Source: Macrostomum lignano (Eukaryota). From it: a stretch of 58,124 bases of DNA. Under the pieces are notes generated by a model. The model made no database searches, was not told the origin of the DNA, and worked only from the letters and a program-made list of their open reading frames with translations. Location: positions 1-58,124 of the forward strand of contig NIVC01004146.1 in assembly GCA_002269645.1 (NCBI GenBank), given 5' to 3'. Below, piece after piece: positions 12,401-21,400 of this stretch (positions within the stretch are counted from its first letter, which is position 1; the number at the start of each line of letters is the position of its first letter). The position numbers and the translations under genes are program-made.

Positions 12401-15400
12401 GACGGACTGGCTTCGGGTGGGGACGGCAACGGAGGCGACACGGCGTCAGCTTCGTTAATAATCTATTATAATACGCAGGTGAGAAAGACGCGTCTCACCG
12501 GATGAGTCTTTTTGGAGCATCGTATTAAATAGATAAAGAATAAGAAGTCCACGAGGATTATAAAAAACCAGTTATTTTCTTCTTATCATGTTTTCTTCTA
12601 CATGTAAAATGAAGTCATTCTACAAGCGCACATTAAGATCTTAGTACATTTTGGTCCTCATAAATGTGAATTAATGTAACTATAAGGTCATTTCAAGCAT
12701 GTGAATGCACATTTTTGTCCTTGTTTAGCGCGGCCCGGCGCCTCTAAAGGCTGCGTACGGCTGTTCAGTCCAAGGACTGGCACCCATTTTACAGCTGGGT
12801 GAACTGCAGCAATGCAGAGTAAAGTGTCTTGCTCAAGGACACAAATTTAAACTCAAGGTCCTTTCTATCCGATATATAAAAACACCGCAGGGCCTCGAGG
12901 ACAGCCAGTCCGAAGCGGACGACCGAGACCGTGAGCGAGAGACGCACACGGCCAGGACCTACATTAGCAGTCTGGAATTTGGCAAATTCTCCAGACGTCA
13001 AAGACGCCAACAACTGCAAAACCTGAGCGGAGAGGATGCCGGACTGAACCAGCTGGACGATGGCAGCTCCGACAGCAGCTGCGCCAGGCTGGTTGAGCAC
13101 CTTCACCTAGGCGACGCGCACGACACCGACTCCTCGGGAGGTCGGCGCGCCTCGTCAACCCTGGACGGCTTGCCGCCTCACGACGAAATCGTGTTCTGCT
13201 TCGTGCGACACATAAAGAACTGCATTGTGCAGCCGGAGTTCGAATTGTGCCTCGCTGATCACGAGTACTTCAAGCCGGAGATTACCTACGCCGAGATGTA
13301 GTGAGTTACTTCGTTTCTTTTTTGAGGGTCTGACCGACAGTCTAGCTGTCCTCTTGATTGTTAATCTGTTTTTTTATATTCAATAGTGACTAGTTCAGTA
13401 GGGCAGCGATTCTCATTGCCCTAAAGTGTGATTCTCATTGCCCTAAAGTGTGATTCTCATTGCCCTAAAGTGTGATTCTCATTGCCCTAAAGTGTGATTC
13501 TCATTGCCCTAAAGTGTGATTCTCATTGCCCTAAAGTGTGATTCTCATTGCCCTAAAGTGTGATTCTCATTGTCCTAAAGTGTGATTCTCATTGCCCTAA
13601 AGTGTGATTCTCATTGCCCTAAAGTGTCATTCTCATTGCCCTAAAGTGTGATTCTCATTGCCCTAAAGTGTCATTCTCATTGCCCTAAAGTGTCATTCTC
13701 ATTGCCCTAAAGTGTGATTCTCATTGCCCTAAAGTGTGATTCTCATTGCCCTAAAGTGTGATTCTCATTGCCCTAAAGTGTGATTCTCATTGCCCTAAAG
13801 TGTGATTCTCATTGCCCTAAAGTGTGATTCTCATTGTCCTAAAGTGTGATTCTCATTGCCCTAAAGTGTGATTCTCATTGCCCTAAAGTGTCATTCTCAT
13901 TGCCCTAAAGTGTGATTCTCATTGCCCTAAAGTGTGATTCTCATTGCCCTAAAGTGTGATTCTCATTGCCCTAAAGTGTGATTCTCATTGCCATAAAGTG
14001 TGATTCTCATTGCCCTAAAGTGTGATTCTCATTGCCCTAAAGTGTGATTCTCATTGCCATAAAGTGTGATTCTCATTGCCCTAAAGTGTGATTCTCATTG
14101 CTATAAAGTGTGATTCTCATTGCCCTAAAGTGTGATTCTCATTGCCCTAAAGTGTCATTCTCATTGCCCTAAAGTGTGATTCTCATTGCCCTAAAGTGTG
14201 ATTCTCATTGCCCTAAAGGGTGATTCTCATTGCCCTAAAGTGTGATTCTCATTGTCATAAAGTGTGATTCTCATTGCCCTAAAGTGTGATTCTCATTGTC
14301 ATAAAGTGTGATTCTCATTGCCCTAAAGTGTGATTCTCATTGCCCTAAAGGGTGATTCTCATTGCCATAAAATGTAATTCTCATTGCCCTAAAGGGTGAT
14401 TCAACATCAGTCTGATTACAGTTTTCAAGTTAGCGACAATTTTAACTTAAAACACTAAAAACTTACTAAAATGTTTAAGGCTCTGTAAAATAAAGATCAC
14501 CAATCTAAATAAATCTACAGCTTTATACAACACGTGGATCGCGTCATTCAAGAGGACTATGTGCCAACGCTGCAAGATATTTTGGCCATTCGCAAGCCGA
14601 GCGACGCAGTCAGACAGACCGAATTTCAAATTGCTGGCACCACTTTTCGGTGAGCTTAAAGCGGATGCAGAATGTTCTGTGTCTACTTTCCTGTCGCTTC
14701 TGTGTCCACCTCTTTGTACTCGCTTTGTCCACCTCCCTGTCGCTGTAGTGTCCACCTCTTTGCATCCGCTGTGTCCACCTCTCTGTCGCTGTTATGTCCA
14801 TCTTCCTGTCACTGTTGTGTCCATCTTCCTGTCACTGTTGTGTCCATCTTCCTGTCACTGTTGTGTTCATCTTCCTGTCGCTGTTATGTCCATCTTCCTG
14901 TCACTGTTGTGTTCATCTTCCTGTCGCTGTTATGTCCATCTTCCTGTCACTGTTGTGTTCATCTTCCTGTCGCTGTTATGTCCATCTTCCTGTCACTGTT
15001 GTGTCCATCTTCCTGTCGCTGTGTGTGTCCACCTCTCTGTCGCTGTTATGTCAATCTTCCTGTCGCTGTTATGTCCATCTTCCTGTCACTGTTGTGTCCA
15101 TCTTCCTGTCACTGTTGTGTCCATCTTCCTGTCACTGTTGTGTCCATCTTCCTGTCACTGTTGTGTTCATCTTCCTGTCGCTGTGTGTTTCTACCTCTCT
15201 GTCGCTGTTATGTCCATCTTCCTGTCACTGTGTGTGTCCAGCTCTCTGTCGCTGTGTGTGTCCAGCTCTCTGTCGCTGTGTGTGTCCAGCTCTCTGTCGC
15301 TGTTGTGTCCATTTCCCGGTCGCTGTTGAGTCCACCTTTTTGCATCCGCTGTGTCCACCTCCCAGCCTCCAATGTGTCTATTTCCCTAAATTCCCTAAAT

Positions 15401-18400
15401 TCAACTCCCTAAAATGTTTTGTGTCCACCTCCTTGAATCTGAATCATCTGTGTACACCCCCTGTCTATCTGTGTACACCCCCTGTCTGTGTACACCCCCT
15501 ATCTGTGTACACCCCTGTCTATCTGTGTACACCCCCTGTCTATCTGTGTACATCCCTGTCTATCTGTGTACACCCCCTGTCTATCTGTGTACACCCCCTG
15601 TCTATCTGTGTACACCCCTGTCTATCTGTGTACACCTCCTGTCTATCTGTGTACACCCCTATCTGTGTACACCCCCTGTCTATCTGTGTACACCCCCTGT
15701 CTGTGTACACCCCCTATCTGTGTAAAACCCCTGTCTATCTGTGTACACCTCCTGTCTATCTGTGTACATCCCTGTCTATCTGTGTACACCCCCTGTCTAT
15801 CTGTGTACACCCCCTGTCTATCTGTGTACACCCCTGTCTATCTGTGTACACCTCCTGTCTATCTGTGTACACCCCTATCTGTGCGCACCCCCTGTCTATC
15901 TGTGTCCGACCTCCTTGGCTTTTTCATCACATCTGGATATCATCAGCCAAGTCAATCAATTTATCTGCAATAAAAATCCGCCCAATTTTCATTCAAAACG
16001 ACAGCATGATCGATCTGGCAGGCCAGAGAAGCCAGCGGCACAAGTGGATTCACTATTTCGAAGACGTCAACGCAGTGCTATTCGTCAGCTCTCTGTCTGG
16101 CTTCGGCGAGCTTGTCGAAGAGGAGGACAGAACGGTGAGAAACCACGCACGTCTTTCTAAATCATTAATCATCATAAATCATGTCATAAACAGACAATCC
16201 ATCCGTACATTCTCCAGACAATTAAAATGTCCGACTGTCTATCAACATTCAGCGAGATCATCAGCAACAAGTACCTGTGGAAGAAGGATTTCTTTCTGTT
16301 CTTAAACAAATTGGACGTGTTCGAGCAGAAGTTGAAGTCCAAGAGTATTACAGGACTGTTTCCGGACTATCGAGGTGAGATTTTTCAGAGAAATCGCCCC
16401 TGGTTATCCAAGCAAATCACCCTGATTATCCATCAAAATCGCCCTGATTATCCATCAAAATCGCCCTGATTATCCATCAAAATCGCCCTGATTATCCAAG
16501 CAAATCGCCTTGATTAACCAGGAAAATCGACCTGATTATCCATCAAAATCGCCCCGATTATCCATCAAAATCGCCCTCATTATCCATCAAAATCGCCCTG
16601 ATTATCCATCAAAATCGCCCTCATTATCCATCAAAATCGCCCTGATTATCCATCAAAATCGCCCTGATTATCCAAGAAAATCGCCCTAATTATCAAGAAA
16701 ATCGCCCTGGCTATCGAAGAAAATCGCCCTGATTATCCAAGAAAATCGCCCTGATTTTCCAACGAAATCTCCCACATTATCCAACGAAATCGCCATTTTT
16801 TTCTTGAAAATCGCTCCGATTATCCAAGAAAATTACCCTGATTATTCAAGAAAATCACCCTGATTATCCAAGAAAATTGCCCTGATTATCTGAAAAAATC
16901 GCCCCTAATATAGATAACAACGAACAAACAGAATCGAGACATCAAGTTTGATCCTCCTCAATCGTCCTCAATCTCCAGGCCACGACGAGGTGAACCAGTG
17001 CGCGCAGTACATCAAGGAGAAGTTCACCAGCCTCATACCGAAGAACATGCCAAAGTCCAAGAGAATCTACACGCACCTCATCACGGCCATAGACATTGAC
17101 AGCATGAAGCCCCTGTTCAAAGAAGTGCTGCATCGAATCGCTGAGGCGAACTTGAAGAAGAGCATCACGATTTTTTAGTCTAGCTTGCAAATTCTATGAA
17201 CTAAACAGTCAAATTACTAACTTATGTACTTTTGTCACCAAAGGGATCAAACAGGCTTATTATACGCAACAGTACCTTGCACCTTGCAAATCAAATTGTT
17301 GCGACTTTGTATAAATGTAACTAAACACTAATAAATACATAGATACTGACACAAACAAACAATCGATTGACACAAACCATTACTCTTAATAACACAAATC
17401 ATTACTCTACTGACACAAATCATTACTTTACTGACACAAATCATTACTTTACTGACACAAATCATTACTTTACTGACATAATTATTACTTTACTGACACA
17501 AATCATAAACCTACTGACACAAATAATTACTCTACTGACACAAATCATTAATCTACTGACACAATTTATAAACCTACTGGCACAAATCATTAATCTACTG
17601 ACAGAAATCATTAATCTACTGGCACAAATCATAAACCTACTGACACAAATCATTAATCTACTGGCACAAATCATAAACCTACTGACAGAAATCATTAATC
17701 TATTGACACAAATTATTAATCTACTGACACAAGTTATTAATCTACTGACACAAATCATAAACCTACTGACACAAATCATTAATCTACTGACACAAATCAT
17801 TAATCTACTGACACAAGTGATTAATCTACTGACACAAGTTATTAATCTACTGACACAAATCATTAATCTACTGACACAAATCATTAATCTACTGACACAA
17901 GTGATTAATCTACTGACACAAGTTATTAATCTACTGACACAAGTTATTAATCTACTGACACAAATCATAAATCTACTGACACAAATCATAAACCTACTAA
18001 CACAAATCATTAATCTACTGACACAAGTTATTAATCTACTGACACAAATCATAAACCTACTGACACAAATCATTAATCTACTGACACAAATCATTAATCT
18101 ACTGACACAAGTGATTAATCTACTGACACAAGTTATTAATCTACTGACACAAATCATTAATCTACTGACACAAATCATTAATCTACTGACACAAGTTATT
18201 AATCTACTGACACAAATCATTAATCTACTGACACAAATCATTAATCTACTGACACAAGTTATTAATCTACTGACACAAGTGATTAATCTACTGACACAAG
18301 TTATTAATCTACTGACACAAATCATAAATCTACTGACACAAATCATAAACCTACTGACACAAATCATTAATCTACTGACACAAGTTATTAATCTACTGAC

Positions 18401-21400
18401 ACAAATTTTAAATCTGCTCACACAATATAAGAAGCGGTCAATCCCACATAAGCAAGACAACAACAGGATCCACTAGTTAAAGCACTCACCGGTGTCCTAA
18501 AACGAACTCTCTATCATAGCGATACCTCAGCTGGTGCAGCAGATGTTCCGGGCTGAAATAATTCACCCCAAAATCTTCATCGGGCGAAGCTGCGCCTCTG
18601 GCCGACATTCGCCACACCAGCAACCGGTAATGATTGCGAAGCCAAGCCTCTGTGAGGGCCGGGGCTCGAATCCCAGGCTGAGAGCGCAACTTCGTGAGCA
18701 GCTCCGACCAACCCGTACCGTCAGAGAAACGAAAATCGCCGGCCAATTCAAAATCCATGGTCGGCTGGAGACCGGCGGAGTCGGGAATCGGGGAGGCAGA
18801 CAGGCTGACTCGCTCGCCCGATGCGGCAAGGCGGAGTCTGGCCAGGCTGAGTTCGCCGAGGCCCTTCTCCGTGGCCTGCTAAGGGGGCGCAAAAACATGA
18901 TTGAACTGCATTCACCTTTGACGGACGTCTGCGCTGCTCGACAGCTTTGTTAGCAGGAAAAATTTTATGTTTAAGTTTGAGGCAGACCGACCCAGCAACT
19001 GAGGATCTGGGAGGCTGGTGGGCCATCAAGTGAGGATCTGGGAGGCTGGCCCAGCAACTGAGGATCTGAGAATGGAGGCCCAGCAACTAGGGACCTGGGA
19101 GGGTTGCCCAGCAACTGGGGATCTGAGGGGCTGGCCCAGCAACTGTGGATCTGAGAATGGAGGCCCAGCAACTGTGGATCTGAGAATGGGGGCCCAGCAA
19201 CTGTGGATCTGAGAATGGGGGCCCAGCAACTGAGGACCTGAGAATGGGGGCCCAGCAACTGTGGATCTGAGAATGGAGGCCCAGCAACTGTGGATCTGAG
19301 AATGGGGGCCCAGCAACTGTGGATCTGAGAATGGGGGCCCAGCAACTGAGGACCTGAGAATGGGGGCCCAGCAACTGTGGATCTGAGAATGGGGGCCCAG
19401 CAAATGTGGATCTGAGAATGGGGGCCCAGCAACTGTGGATCTAAGAATGGGGGCCCAGCAATTGGGGATCTAAGAATGGGGGCCCAGCAACTGGGGATCT
19501 GAGGGGCTGGCCCAGCAACTGGGGATCTGAGGGGCTGGCCCAGCAACTGAGGACCTGAGAATGGAGGCCCAGCAACTGTGGATCTGAGAATGGGGGCCCA
19601 GCAACTGTGGATCTGAGAATGGGGGCCCAGCAACTGGGGATCTGAGAATGGGGGCCCAGCAACTGTGGATCTGAAAATGGAGGCCCAGCAATTGGGGACC
19701 TGAGAATGGGGGCCCAGCAACTGTGGATCTGAGAATGGGGGCCCAGCAACTGTGGATCTGAGAATGGGGGCCCAGCAACTGTGGATCTGAGAATGGGGGC
19801 CCAGCAACTGTGGATCTAAGAATGGGGGCCCAGCAATTGGGGATCTAAGAATGGGGGCCCAGCAACTGGGGATCTGAGGGGCTGGCCCAGCAACTGGGGA
19901 TCTGAGGGGCTGGCCCAGCAACTGTGGATCTGAGAATGGGGGCCCAGCAACTGAGGACCTGAGAATGGAGGCCCAGCAACTGGGGATCTGAGAATGGGGG
20001 CCCAGCAACTGTGGATCTGAGAATGGGGGCCCAGCAACTGGGGATCTGAGAATGGGGGCCCAGCAACTGTGGATCTGAAAATGGAGGCCCAGCAATTGGG
20101 GACCTGAGAATGGAGGCCCAGCAATTGGGGATCTGAGAATGGAGGCCCAGCAACACAGAATCTGTAACCCGCAGTTCACACAAACCGCAGCAGCAGTCGG
20201 AGCAGTCGGAGTCTGCGGCTGCAACTGTCGCCGAGGAGCAGCGGCAGGCGAGGGCGCGGGCTTGAACCGGTAGAACGCACCCTTAGTAGCCGGAGTCGCC
20301 GAAGACGCCGAAGCAGCCCCACCTACTGGCGTGTTCAGCCGAGGCGTCCGATGCTGCACCAGCATGGGGGTGGTCCGTGGCCTCGGCATCTGCTGTCTGG
20401 GAGTGGACATGGAATTCGGAGTCTGCGGACTTGGTTGAGCAGCTTTGGTCGAAGGATTTGCCGGAGCGGAATCCTCATTCTCAGCGGCCGCAGCCAGGGC
20501 TTTGGCCCGAGCCATGGCGCTGGCCGAGACCTGCACAGTTCGACCGCCCGCTGTGGAGAAGCCGCCGCCAGCCCCGCCACTAGAAGTACTTGGAGCTGTG
20601 GCAGCCGAGCTGCATCTGGGACTGTCTTTATCGGCTTCATCAAGCAGTTTCTGTGCTCGCTTCAACGCCGAAGCTGAAACGCCAACCGAACGACCGCCTG
20701 CGGTGGAGAAGCCGGCCGGACCCTGATTGACAGGCCTGTTGTTACTAACGGGTTCCAGTTCCGCGTCCTCGGCTAGCTGCCGCGCCTTACGCAGAGCGGA
20801 CGTCGATACTTGCAAAGATTTACCACCGGCGGTTGAAAACCCACCCTTCATATCGACGCTTTCTGGCGACAATTTCCTACCAGATTCGGCAAGATTCTCG
20901 TTGCTCCGATGGTTGGCCGCCTCATCCTCCAATTGTTTGGCTTTTCGCATGGCCTCAGCTGAGAAGCTGACCAATCTGCCTGAGGCTGTACAGAACCCAG
21001 CAGGATTTTTCAAAGCACTGTTCACACCGCTGGAAGGTTTACCAATGTTACTTCGCAGCCAGCTAGTGTCCTCGTCCTCCTCTTCGAGGTCTTTGTCTCT
21101 AAGATCTTTATCCGTTAGGTCTTTGTCCCTAAGATCATTATCCGTTAAGTCTTTGTCCCTGTCCAGCCTAGCTGCACTTTCAGCCAGCACATTCTGTGTA
21201 AAGTTCAAGCTGCAGTCGGCTAGAAGAGCCTCGACGCCTTCTTTCACGTCGCGAATTTGCGTAGCAGTCAAATCGCCGTAATCCATTTCGCCTACTGAGT
21301 TCGAGTCGGTTGCTGCTAGCTTATTTTGTGCTTCGTCTGTCAGCCGGACAGGTGGAACTGGGTCAGGACAGTTGCTACGCGGCTCTGGTGGGCTGGTGCG

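Noticed and set aside
14559-16305. ORFs of 246-503 aa, one ending in G-alpha sequence
   Set aside because: Read-through of intron 6 arrays; only 16005-16134 is an exon.
17367-18476. (LLTQIIN)n 369-aa and antisense (CVSRLMI)n 332-aa ORFs resembling amphipathic repeat proteins
   Set aside because: A stop-free 21-bp unit gives open frames automatically. It lies past the G-alpha polyA signal and inside a BRCA2 intron.
18971-20181. C-terminal half of the 881-aa ORF
   Set aside because: 29-bp array inside an intron; the BRCA2 exon ends near 20182-20186.
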